Assembly: GCA_020632535.1 (NCBI GenBank) | Contig: JACKFJ010000003.1 | Span: 230,166-294,165 of the forward strand | Direction of reading: 5' to 3' | Origin: Candidatus Omnitrophota bacterium | GTDB lineage: Bacteria; Omnitrophota; Gorgyraeia; Zapsychrales; JANLHA01 | DNA: 64,000 nucleotides | Part shown: positions 19,200 through 27,739 of the stretch, piece after piece | Numbering within the stretch: position 1 is the first letter of the stretch | Layout of the letters: each line of letters starts with the position of its first letter | Notes under the pieces: model-generated | Databases searched by the model: none | What the model was told of the DNA's origin: nothing | What the model saw: the letters and a program-made list of their open reading frames with translations, nothing else | Translations under genes and position numbers: made by a program

Positions 19200-20081
19200 A
19201 TGTTCAAAGGCTCTATCGTCGCGATTGCTACACCGTTTAAGAATGGAAAAGTTGATGAGACGACTTTACGCAATCTTGTTGAATTCCAAATTAAAAGTGG
19301 AACCAACGGAATCGTTCCATGCGGAACTACCGGCGAATCTCCGACGCTTAATAATGAAGAACATGAACATGTCATCGACATTTGCATTCAAACCGCCAAA
19401 GGCCGTATTCCGATTATCGCCGGCACCGGTTCAAATTCCACAGCCGAAGCTGTCGCGTTAACCAAACACGCCGCTAAAATGGGTGCAAGCGGTGTCTTGC
19501 AAGTCAGCCCCTATTACAACAAACCAACACAGGAAGGGCTATATCGCCATTTCAAAGCCGTTTCCGAATGTGCGGACATCCCAATTATCCTTTATAACAT
19601 TGCCGGTCGTACCGCAGTCAACATTGAACCGGCAACCGTCGCACGACTAGCCAATGACTGTAAAAATATTGTTGGTGTCAAAGAAGCTTCCGGTTCCATT
19701 TCCCAAATGCAAATGACAAAATTACTTTGCCCAAAAGATTTCCTACTCCTTTCTGGCGATGACGCGCTTTTGCTACCGATTTTAAGTATCGGTGGAGTCG
19801 GAGTCATTTCGGTCGCGGCTAATATTGTTCCAGCGGATATCTTAAAAATCATTTCCAGTTTTAATTCAGGGAAAATTGACGAAGCCCAAAAGATTCATTA
19901 TAAACTTTTACCACTGTTAAAAGCCTTATTTATTGAAACCAATCCTATTCCAGTTAAAGCGGCGATGGCTTTAATGGGCTTATGCTCGTCAGAAATTCGT
20001 TTGCCTTTGTGCGAAATGTCACAGTCCAATCACGAAGATTTAAAAAAAGCTTTAAATGATTACGGGTTAATAAAAAAGTAA
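19200..20081 (+). CDS. dapA: 4-hydroxy-tetrahydrodipicolinate synthase
   Basis: 293 aa; GTTGES, YNKP, VGVKEASG (Schiff-base Lys). Confidence 0.92.
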   Translation: MFKGSIVAIATPFKNGKVDETTLRNLVEFQIKSGTNGIVPCGTTGESPTLNNEEHEHVIDICIQTAKGRIPIIAGTGSNSTAEAVALTKHAAKMGASGVLQVSPYYNKPTQEGLYRHFKAVSECADIPIILYNIAGRTAVNIEPATVARLANDCKNIVGVKEASGSISQMQMTKLLCPKDFLLLSGDDALLLPILSIGGVGVISVAANIVPADILKIISSFNSGKIDEAQKIHYKLLPLLKALFIETNPIPVKAAMALMGLCSSEIRLPLCEMSQSNHEDLKKALNDYGLIKK

Positions 20082-20091
20082 AAGGATACCT

Positions 20092-20805
20092 ATGATCAAT
20101 CTCGCTGTCAGTGGTTGTCAAGGAAGAATGGGCCAACGCATCACCGCGCTTGCCGCAGCTGATAAAAAAACATTTAAACTCTCCGCACTATTAGAACGCC
20201 CGGGATCTCACGGCAGTGTTGAGGGCATTGCAATTAGCACGTCGAATGACGCATTGAAAGGTTCTGATATTTTGATTGAATTTACCACGCCCGATGCGAC
20301 AATGGCCAATCTCAAAGCCTGCATCAAACACAAAGTCAAGATGGTCATCGGCACGACGGGTTTGACGGACGCGCAAAAAAAAGAAATCAAAAAAGCTTCG
20401 TCAAAGATTGCTATTGTTTTTTCATCCAACATGTCAATCGGTGTAAATGTTTTCTTCAAAGTCGCGGAAATGATTTCCGCAAAAACACCTAACAGTTATG
20501 AAGTGGATATGGTCGAGGCGCATCACATTCATAAAAAAGACGCCCCATCGGGAACCGCCAAGACAATTGCTGAAGTCATTGAAGCCGCTTCAAAAAAGAA
20601 AGTTAAGAATATCGAATCAATACGTGAAGGAGAAATCATCGGTGACCATAAAGTCATTTTTGAAAGTCCCGAAGACACAATTCTCATTTTTCATCACGCA
20701 AAAAATCGCGATATTTTTGTTAAAGGCTCACTCGTCGCTGCGAAATTTTTAAAAGGGAAGACCAAGGGTTTATTTAACATGCAGGATGTTTTAGGACTTC
20801 ATTAA
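20092..20805 (+). CDS. dapB: 4-hydroxy-tetrahydrodipicolinate reductase
   Basis: 237 aa; EAHHIHKKDAPSGTA signature. Confidence 0.9.
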   Translation: MINLAVSGCQGRMGQRITALAAADKKTFKLSALLERPGSHGSVEGIAISTSNDALKGSDILIEFTTPDATMANLKACIKHKVKMVIGTTGLTDAQKKEIKKASSKIAIVFSSNMSIGVNVFFKVAEMISAKTPNSYEVDMVEAHHIHKKDAPSGTAKTIAEVIEAASKKKVKNIESIREGEIIGDHKVIFESPEDTILIFHHAKNRDIFVKGSLVAAKFLKGKTKGLFNMQDVLGLH

Positions 20806-20810
20806 ACCAT

Positions 20811-20938
20811 GTCGGTACAATTGTCTGAAGCCGGACGTTGCGAGACTCGCGCGCTTGGCTTCAGCGCGAGTCTCGCATCGAGCGAAATCCAGCCGCAGGA
20901 GCTGGATGAACGTTCCGGCGCAAGACAATTATACCGAC
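20811..20938 (+). repeat. GC-rich structured intergenic element, subtype B copy 2
   Basis: Outer inverted repeat GTCGGTACAATTGTCT (20811-20826) / AGACAATTATACCGAC (20923-20938), 15 of 16 bp. Perfect internal 13-bp stem GCGAGACTCGCGC (20840-20852) / GCGCGAGTCTCGC (20864-20876). Confidence 0.8.
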
Positions 20939-20954
20939 AACCAAAGAGGATAAT

Positions 20955-22133
20955 ATGACCGTGGATACCGCATTCAATATTGAATTTTCTGACCGTCTTA
21001 AAGAATTACCTCCTTATCTTTTCGTCGAGATCGACAAAGCCAAACGGCAAGCCCGCGCGGAAGGCCGCGATATTATTGACTTAGGCGTCGGCGATCCTGA
21101 CACCCCAACATTGCCACATATTATTGAAGCCATGAAAAAATCCATCACGGATCCAGCAAATCACCGCTATGCTTTTGATGCTGGATTGCCTTTGCTTCGC
21201 ACAGAAATCGCGCTCTGGTTTAAAAACCGTTTCGGAGTTGAACTCAATCCTGACAATGAAATTTATCCTTTGATTGGTTCCAAAGAAGGTCTCGCGCATT
21301 TGCCTCTGGGAATTATCAATCCAAACGACAAAGTCATTTTGACCGACCCAGCCTATCCCGCATATCGCGCGTCTATTGCTTTTGCCGGCGGCAAAATCAT
21401 CAATTTACCGCTTAAAGAAGGCAATGGGTTTTTGCCCGATCTTAAAAAATTAGCGGAGATCAAAGATGCCAAAGCCATGTACGTGAATTATCCCAATAAT
21501 CCTACGTCCGCGACTGCCACTATTGAGTTTTATAAAGAACTCGTTGCGATCGCCCGCGAAAAAGGAATTATCCTCATTTCGGACATGGCGTATTCCGAAA
21601 TTTATTTCGACGGCGTCAAGCCACCTAGCATTTTGGAAATTGAAGGCGCCAAAGATATTGCGATTGAATTTCATTCATTTTCAAAAACTTACAACATGAC
21701 GGGCTGGCGAATCGGCTGGGCTTGCGGTAATCCAAAATTAATTGCCGCATTAGCTAAGGTCAAATCCAATTTTGATTCTGGAATTTTTCAAGCCATTCAG
21801 GTCGCTGGTATCACGGCTTTACGAACAAAACCTGAAGAACTCGATGATCTGCGCCGTATGTATGAAGAACGCCGCGATCTTTTAATCAATGGTTTGCGCA
21901 GTCTCGGCTGGAAAGTCCCTCCGCCCAAAGCCGCTTTTTATATTTGGGCGCGTTTGCCAAAGGGTTTTGACACATCGATGGAAACAGCAGCTGCCTTTTT
22001 GGAGAAAGCCAATCTCGTCGTCACGCCGGGAGTTGGTTTTGGTCCAGCAGGCGAAGGTTTTGTTCGTATGACCATCACAATGCCTTCAGAACGTTTAACC
22101 GAAGCTGTTGAACGATTGAAGAAAATTTTATAG
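20955..22133 (+). CDS. dapL: class I/II aminotransferase, probable LL-diaminopimelate aminotransferase
   Basis: 392 aa; LPPYLFVEIDKAK N-terminal block, SFSKTYNMTGWRIGW (PLP lysine). Sits directly after dapF-dapA-dapB, and no dapD/dapC/dapE is seen in the window. Confidence 0.6.
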   Translation: MTVDTAFNIEFSDRLKELPPYLFVEIDKAKRQARAEGRDIIDLGVGDPDTPTLPHIIEAMKKSITDPANHRYAFDAGLPLLRTEIALWFKNRFGVELNPDNEIYPLIGSKEGLAHLPLGIINPNDKVILTDPAYPAYRASIAFAGGKIINLPLKEGNGFLPDLKKLAEIKDAKAMYVNYPNNPTSATATIEFYKELVAIAREKGIILISDMAYSEIYFDGVKPPSILEIEGAKDIAIEFHSFSKTYNMTGWRIGWACGNPKLIAALAKVKSNFDSGIFQAIQVAGITALRTKPEELDDLRRMYEERRDLLINGLRSLGWKVPPPKAAFYIWARLPKGFDTSMETAAAFLEKANLVVTPGVGFGPAGEGFVRMTITMPSERLTEAVERLKKIL

Positions 22134-22139
22134 TTTACA

Positions 22140-22263
22140 GGCGGTTTAGGATTGCCCTTCGGCGAGTTCCGCAGCCAAGTCGCCTTCCTGAATGTCTTTT
22201 AAAATAGATAAAGCGACTTGTGCGAGGACTGTTCGAGTCCAAGAAGGGCAATCCTAAAGCGCC
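22140..22263 (+). repeat. GC-rich structured intergenic element, subtype C copy 2
   Basis: 20-bp outer inverted repeat GGCGGTTTAGGATTGCCCTT (22140-22159) / AAGGGCAATCCTAAAGCGCC (22244-22263), 19 of 20 bp. Cores CGGCGAGTTCCGCAGCC and GCGAGGACTGTTCGAG. Central stem CAAGTCGC (22176-22183) / GCGACTTG (22213-22220). Confidence 0.8.
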
Positions 22264-22276
22264 TTTAATCATAACA

Positions 22277-22690
22277 ATGCCAACTGTTTATTTAGCTTAC
22301 GGATCAAACATGGGCAACCGCCCTAGAAATATTGCTGAGGCGATTGCCTTGCTAAATAAAGCAAAAATTAATGTAACTGCTGTTTCGAAGGCAATTGAAA
22401 CCAAACCTATTGGCGGTGTACCGCAAGCCAATTATCTCAACGGTGCCTTAAAAGCAACCACTCGACTTTCCCCAATGCAGCTCTTACAACAAACCAAAAT
22501 CATCGAACAAAAAATGGGGCGTATCAAAAGTCTTAAAAATGGTCCGCGTCCTATCGACTTAGACATTCTTCTTTACGACAACATCAAAATCAAAAATAAA
22601 AACTTGCGAATCCCACATCCGGAAATTTTTAAACGCAGTTTTGTTTTCAATCCACTTAAAGAAATCGCGCCAGAAATCTTTAAAAAGTAG
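22277..22690 (+). CDS. folK: 2-amino-4-hydroxy-6-hydroxymethyldihydropteridine diphosphokinase (HPPK)
   Basis: YLAYGSNMGN, RPIDLDILLY, IPHPE motifs. The track start (GTG at 22220) lies inside repeat C2; ATG at 22277 is preferred. Confidence 0.85.
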   Translation: MPTVYLAYGSNMGNRPRNIAEAIALLNKAKINVTAVSKAIETKPIGGVPQANYLNGALKATTRLSPMQLLQQTKIIEQKMGRIKSLKNGPRPIDLDILLYDNIKIKNKNLRIPHPEIFKRSFVFNPLKEIAPEIFKK

Positions 22691-22693
22691 ATT

Positions 22694-23542
22694 ATGCTCA
22701 TCGCCACCACACTTGCGCAAATACAAAATGCTTTGGCACAAACCCGTAAACAAGGAAAGACAATCGGCTTTGTCCCAACGATGGGGGCTTTGCACGAAGG
22801 CCATCTTTCATTGCTTCGTCGCGCAAAAAAAGAAAATCATGTTTGTATCCTGAGTATCTTTATCAACCCAACACAATTTGGGCCTAATGAAGATTTCACC
22901 AAATACCCTCGAGACAAAAAAAAAGATGTTTTGTTGGCAAAGAAAGAAAATATTGATATAATCTTTTATCCGTCGGAGAAAATAATGTACCCGCCGGGAT
23001 ATTTGACATATATTGAAGTTACAAAATTAAGCGATGTCCTTTGTGGTCGAACACGGCCCGGGCATTTCAAAGGCGTCACAACCGTCATTGCCAAACTTTT
23101 AAATATTGTCCGACCCCAAACAATGTATTTGGGCGAAAAAGATGCTCAACAATGTGTCATATTAAAGCATCTTGTTAAAGATTTAAATTTTGCCACGAAA
23201 GTTATTGCTTGTCCCACGGTGCGTGAGACCGATGGGTTGGCCATGAGTTCACGTAATAAATATTTGTCCAGCACTGAACGCAAAGAAGCAACCGTATTGT
23301 ACAGTTCTTTAACTTTGGCAAAAAATGAGATCAAGCGCGGATTACGGGACGCGATGAAAATCCGTTATTTAATCGAACAAAATATTCGAACCTTAAGCCG
23401 CGGCGAAATTGATTATGTTGCCTGTGTTAACGCCGAGAATTTAGAGCCACTAACAGAAATCAAAGGTCATGTTTTGATTGCTGTCGCAGCGCGCTGGGGT
23501 ACGACACGCTTGATTGATAATGTAAGTATCAGCGTCAAATAG
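22694..23542 (+). CDS. panC: pantoate--beta-alanine ligase
   Basis: 282 aa; VPTMGALHEGHLSL (HIGH-like), GEKDAQQ. Confidence 0.92.
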   Translation: MLIATTLAQIQNALAQTRKQGKTIGFVPTMGALHEGHLSLLRRAKKENHVCILSIFINPTQFGPNEDFTKYPRDKKKDVLLAKKENIDIIFYPSEKIMYPPGYLTYIEVTKLSDVLCGRTRPGHFKGVTTVIAKLLNIVRPQTMYLGEKDAQQCVILKHLVKDLNFATKVIACPTVRETDGLAMSSRNKYLSSTERKEATVLYSSLTLAKNEIKRGLRDAMKIRYLIEQNIRTLSRGEIDYVACVNAENLEPLTEIKGHVLIAVAARWGTTRLIDNVSISVK

Positions 23543-23555
23543 AAACTACAAAACA

Positions 23556-24383
23556 ATGGCTCCAGCCGTAAAAAAATTAAAAGTTGGCATTTTAGGCTGT
23601 GGCGCAATCGGTTCGCGCATTGCTAAAAGCATTTATCAGGAATTAAAGGATTGTTGCCAACTCGTCGGGTTTTATGATTGCGATCCGGCAAAAATGACGA
23701 CACTCGCTAAAGTCTTAAAAAAAAACAATCTTAAAAAACGCTCCTTAAAAGAACTCATCCACAGTTGCGATCTTATGGTTGAAGCCGTCAACTCCGCAAA
23801 AACCGATGAATTTATCCACAAAGCCTTATCCGCTCGTCGCCATGTTTTGGCAATGAGCGTCGGAAAACTGCTTGACAACAGCAAGCTTTTTGCCACAGCA
23901 TCTAAAAACCGCTGCCAAATCCTTATTCCTTCCGGCGCGATTGCAGGACTAGATGCTCTAAAAGCCGCAAGTTTGGTCCATGTTGAAAGAATTATTCTCA
24001 CCAGCCGCAAACCCATCAATGGATTTACCCAAAATGATTACCTTGAAAAGCGAAAAATTTATTTATCTGCCTTAACTGACGAGACCGTACTCTTTGACGG
24101 CTCGGTTAAAGATGCCGTAAAACATTTTCCACAAAATATCAACGTCGCGGCAACACTAGCTCTTGCCAGCGGTATGCCGCAAAAGATTCGCGTGCGTATT
24201 GTCACTTCACCAGAGTATAAAATCAATTCCCACGAAATTGACATCAAAGGAGAATTTGGACACATCACAACCCGCGCGGAAAATGTCACGTGCCCGGATA
24301 ATCCTAAAACAAGCTGGCTCGCCGTTTTGTCGGCGATCCAAGCATTAAAAGACTTTTGTTCAGGAGCGCGTATCGGAACTTAA
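23556..24383 (+). CDS. nadX: L-aspartate dehydrogenase
   Basis: 275 aa; VGILGCGAIGSRIA Rossmann N-terminus and PSGAIAGLDALKAA block typical of the NadX family. Confidence 0.7.
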   Translation: MAPAVKKLKVGILGCGAIGSRIAKSIYQELKDCCQLVGFYDCDPAKMTTLAKVLKKNNLKKRSLKELIHSCDLMVEAVNSAKTDEFIHKALSARRHVLAMSVGKLLDNSKLFATASKNRCQILIPSGAIAGLDALKAASLVHVERIILTSRKPINGFTQNDYLEKRKIYLSALTDETVLFDGSVKDAVKHFPQNINVAATLALASGMPQKIRVRIVTSPEYKINSHEIDIKGEFGHITTRAENVTCPDNPKTSWLAVLSAIQALKDFCSGARIGT

Positions 24384-24439
24384 GGACCGCGAGGTTCTTT
24401 TGCAGTTACAAAATACTAAAGGAAGGGGGGTGAACAATT

Positions 24440-24745
24440 ATGGCTAAAAAAGTTGCTAAAGTAGGCGTCAAGAAAGAAAAGGGATACCTTTATTTCGTCG
24501 ACAAGAACGGTGACGTTTCCGCCGCTATGATGGCGCGTGGGGATAAAAAAGGTGGCAAACCTAAGAAGGTTGCTAAAGCTGGAATTAAGAAAGAGTCTGG
24601 CTTCCTTTATTTCGTCGATAAAGACGGAGACATCGCTTGTGCCGCTATGGTTCGCGGTGGTGCAAAAAAGAAGAAGTCTGCAAAAAAAGCTACAAAGAAA
24701 GTTGCTAAAAAAGCTACAAAAAAAGTCGCTAAAAAGCGCAAATAG
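24440..24745 (+). CDS. small highly basic protein with internal tandem repeat and Lys-rich tail
   Basis: 101 aa. Two ~40-aa repeats (KKVAKVGVKKEKGYLYFVDKNGDVSAAMMARG / KKVAKAGIKKESGFLYFVDKDGDIACAAMVRG) followed by KKATKKVAKKATKKVAKKRK. Strong RBS AAAGGAAGGGGGG upstream; a terminator follows. Confidence 0.7.
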   Translation: MAKKVAKVGVKKEKGYLYFVDKNGDVSAAMMARGDKKGGKPKKVAKAGIKKESGFLYFVDKDGDIACAAMVRGGAKKKKSAKKATKKVAKKATKKVAKKRK

Positions 24746-24758
24746 TCGTAAACATCAA

Positions 24759-24817
24759 ATAACCCTCAGACCTATTTTTGTCGTGTGACAAGAAAAAGTT
24801 TGGGGGTTATTTTTTTA
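24759..24817 (+). terminator. rho-independent terminator after the basic-protein gene
   Basis: ATAACCCTCAGAC (24759-24771) pairs, with G.U wobbles, with GTTTGGGGGTTAT (24798-24810), followed by a T-run to 24817. Confidence 0.6.
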
Positions 24818-24922
24818 TCCTGCGCAGCAGATGGGAGACTTGACGGTTAAAACAAATTAGCGTAAAGTTGTGCATATTAAAAATTAGTCCATTGCGAGAA
24901 ACGCAGTAACGAGGCAATCCAA

Positions 24923-27715
24923 ATGAATACTGATTTCATCACAATCCATAAAGCGCGCGAGCATAATCTCAAAAGCATTGATGTTAAGATACCGCGCAAT
25001 CAATTGACCGTTGTCACTGGTCTTAGCGGGTCAGGAAAATCTTCATTAGCATTCGATACCATATATGCCGAAGGTCAGCGTCGCTACGTCGAAAGCTTAT
25101 CCGCTTACGCGCGACAATTTCTAGAGCAATTGCAAAAGCCAGATGTCGAGTACATTGAAGGTTTGTCGCCGACAATTTCAATTGAGCAAAAAACCACAAG
25201 CCGCAACCCGCGTTCGACCGTCGCGACACAAACTGAAATCTATGATTATTTACGACTTTTATTTGCCCGCGTCGGCACACCATATTGCCATAATTGCGGC
25301 AAGCCCATCGAACGCCAAACCGTTGAAGAAATTACTCGCCAAATTTTAAGTACTCCGGAGGGGACTAAAATCAATGTCCTCGCTCCTTTAATCCGTGGCC
25401 GTAAAGGCGAATATCGTGATATCGGCAAGCAAGTATCCAAAGCTGGTTTTGTCCGCTATCGTGCCGACGGCGTGATTCACGAAGTCGAAGACAAAGTCAA
25501 ATTTGATAAATTCAAAGTCCATCATATTGAAATTGCTGTTGACCGACTCGTCATTAAAAGTACCATTAAGAAACGCTTGACCGACTCTTTAGAAACCGCG
25601 TTAAAAATTGGCGAAGGCATTGTCATCATCGATTTTCATGGCCAACAGCCGGAAAAAACGTTTAGTGAGCGTTACGCCTGCGTTGACTGCGGAACCAACT
25701 TACTGGAAATAGAACCACGAATTTTTTCGTTTAATTCACCTTACGGTGCTTGCCCAGATTGCAACGGTCTCGGCACTAAAATGGAAATAGATGCTAATCT
25801 TTTGATTCCGGACGTCAACAAGCCATGGGTCCAATCCATTGCCCCATGGAAACGTGGAAACAAAAATTATTTGATGTATTACCGCGCGGTCATGCGTGAA
25901 ATTGGTGCAAAATATCGCATTGATCAGCAAACCCTGTTTAAAGATCTGCCAACAAAGTTTAAAAATATTATTTTTAAAGGTTCCGCTGATGAAGTATGGG
26001 GGAAACCTTTCGAAGGGATTCTTAATTATTTAAAAAGACTTTTCAAAGAGACGGACAGCGAATGGCTACAAGGTGAAATCAATCAATACATGTCCGAGTC
26101 ACCATGCCCCAGCTGTGAAGGCCGCCGACTTAAAAAAGAATCTCTCGCGGTAAAAATTAGCGGTAAAAATATCGCGCAAGTCACTGAATTTTCAATTAAG
26201 GAAAGCAAGGTTTTCTTTAATTCGCTAAAGCTTAATAATGAAAAACAAAAAATCAGTGAACAAATCTTTAAAGAAATCCAGCGACGCTTAGATTTTTGTA
26301 TTGACGTCGGTCTTGAATATTTGACATTGGATCGCAAAAGCGGCACTCTTTCCGGAGGGGAAGCGGAACGAATTCGCTTAGCCACTCAAGTTGGTTCAGG
26401 TCTCGTCGGCGTTATTTATATCCTTGATGAACCATCAATCGGACTTCACCAAAAAGACAATGAACGTTTGCTTTCGACATTACATTCCTTGCGCGATATC
26501 GGCAACACTTTGATTGTCGTTGAACACGACGAAGACACAATTCGTAACGCGGATTACATTATTGACATGGGACCCGGAGCAGGAGAATTCGGAGGAGAAG
26601 TCATCTACGCCGGCGACATTGCTGGACTTTTAAAGTCGCCAAAATCTTTGACAGGACAATATCTCCGCGGCGAATTAAACATCGAAATGCCAAAAAAGCG
26701 CCGCGAAACTGTTAGAACAAAATTTTTAAAATTAAGTGGGGTCAAAGAACACAATCTCAAGAATATCGATGTATCTTTTCCATTAGGAACATTTATATGT
26801 ATTACCGGCGTATCCGGTTCCGGCAAGTCAACACTGATCAACGATGTCCTTTATAAAGCTCTCGCTCAAAAGATTAATCACGCAAATGAAAAGCCGGGAA
26901 ATTTTAAAAAACTTGATGGTGTTGAAAATGTCGATAAAGTCATTGTTGTCGATCAATCGCCAATTGGGCGCACACCACGTTCTAATCCCGCGACATACAC
27001 TGGTGTGTTTAGCTTAATTCGCGATCTTTTCAGTCAAATGCCCGAAGCGAAAATGCGTGGATACAAACCAGGCCGCTTCAGTTTTAATGTCCCCGGAGGG
27101 CGCTGCGAAGCATGTCACGGAGACGGTATCAAAAAGATTGAAATGCATTTTTTGCCAGACATTTATATTGAATGTGAAGTTTGCCACGGCAAGCGATTTA
27201 CCGAACAGACGCTTGATGTTCTTTATAAAGAGAAAAGCATCAGTGATGTTTTAAATTTGTCGGTAAACGAAAGTTTAAAAATTTTTGAAAATATCCCACG
27301 AATACGAAATGTCACACAAACATTGTGTGATGTCGGTCTCGGTTATATAAAACTTGGCCAACCAGCCACGACGCTTTCCGGAGGGGAAGCCCAGCGCGTA
27401 AAACTCGCTTCCGAACTGTGCAAGCCCGCAACCGGAAAAACTCTTTATATTCTTGATGAACCGACAACCGGTTTACACTTTGCGGACGTTGATAAACTTA
27501 TGACAGTTTTGCAAAGACTCGTTGATCGCGGTAATACCATTATTGTCATTGAGCATAATTTGGAAGTTATTAAAAACGCGGATTACATCATTGATCTTGG
27601 ACCAGATGGCGGGGACAAGGGAGGAGAAATTGTTTTTAGCGGTACGCCGGAAGCACTTTGCTTAAATAAAACTTCACACACAGCAGAATATCTTAAAAAA
27701 ATTCTTAAAGTCTAA
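24923..27715 (+). CDS. uvrA: excinuclease ABC subunit A
   Basis: 930 aa; two ABC modules ([48 protein letters not shown]) and CxxC zinc modules. Confidence 0.95.
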   Translation: MNTDFITIHKAREHNLKSIDVKIPRNQLTVVTGLSGSGKSSLAFDTIYAEGQRRYVESLSAYARQFLEQLQKPDVEYIEGLSPTISIEQKTTSRNPRSTVATQTEIYDYLRLLFARVGTPYCHNCGKPIERQTVEEITRQILSTPEGTKINVLAPLIRGRKGEYRDIGKQVSKAGFVRYRADGVIHEVEDKVKFDKFKVHHIEIAVDRLVIKSTIKKRLTDSLETALKIGEGIVIIDFHGQQPEKTFSERYACVDCGTNLLEIEPRIFSFNSPYGACPDCNGLGTKMEIDANLLIPDVNKPWVQSIAPWKRGNKNYLMYYRAVMREIGAKYRIDQQTLFKDLPTKFKNIIFKGSADEVWGKPFEGILNYLKRLFKETDSEWLQGEINQYMSESPCPSCEGRRLKKESLAVKISGKNIAQVTEFSIKESKVFFNSLKLNNEKQKISEQIFKEIQRRLDFCIDVGLEYLTLDRKSGTLSGGEAERIRLATQVGSGLVGVIYILDEPSIGLHQKDNERLLSTLHSLRDIGNTLIVVEHDEDTIRNADYIIDMGPGAGEFGGEVIYAGDIAGLLKSPKSLTGQYLRGELNIEMPKKRRETVRTKFLKLSGVKEHNLKNIDVSFPLGTFICITGVSGSGKSTLINDVLYKALAQKINHANEKPGNFKKLDGVENVDKVIVVDQSPIGRTPRSNPATYTGVFSLIRDLFSQMPEAKMRGYKPGRFSFNVPGGRCEACHGDGIKKIEMHFLPDIYIECEVCHGKRFTEQTLDVLYKEKSISDVLNLSVNESLKIFENIPRIRNVTQTLCDVGLGYIKLGQPATTLSGGEAQRVKLASELCKPATGKTLYILDEPTTGLHFADVDKLMTVLQRLVDRGNTIIVIEHNLEVIKNADYIIDLGPDGGDKGGEIVFSGTPEALCLNKTSHTAEYLKKILKV

Positions 27716-27739
27716 AGCCCTTGTTATAATACCTTCACT

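Noticed and set aside
24890-24918. Short palindrome CATTGCGAGAAACGCAGTAACGAGGCAATCC just upstream of uvrA, sharing CATTGCGAG with the element at 8921-8996
   Set aside because: The stem is only 5 bp (ATTGC/GCAAT) and there is only one partial match to another locus. Too weak to list as a separate feature; mentioned under the 8921-8996 element.
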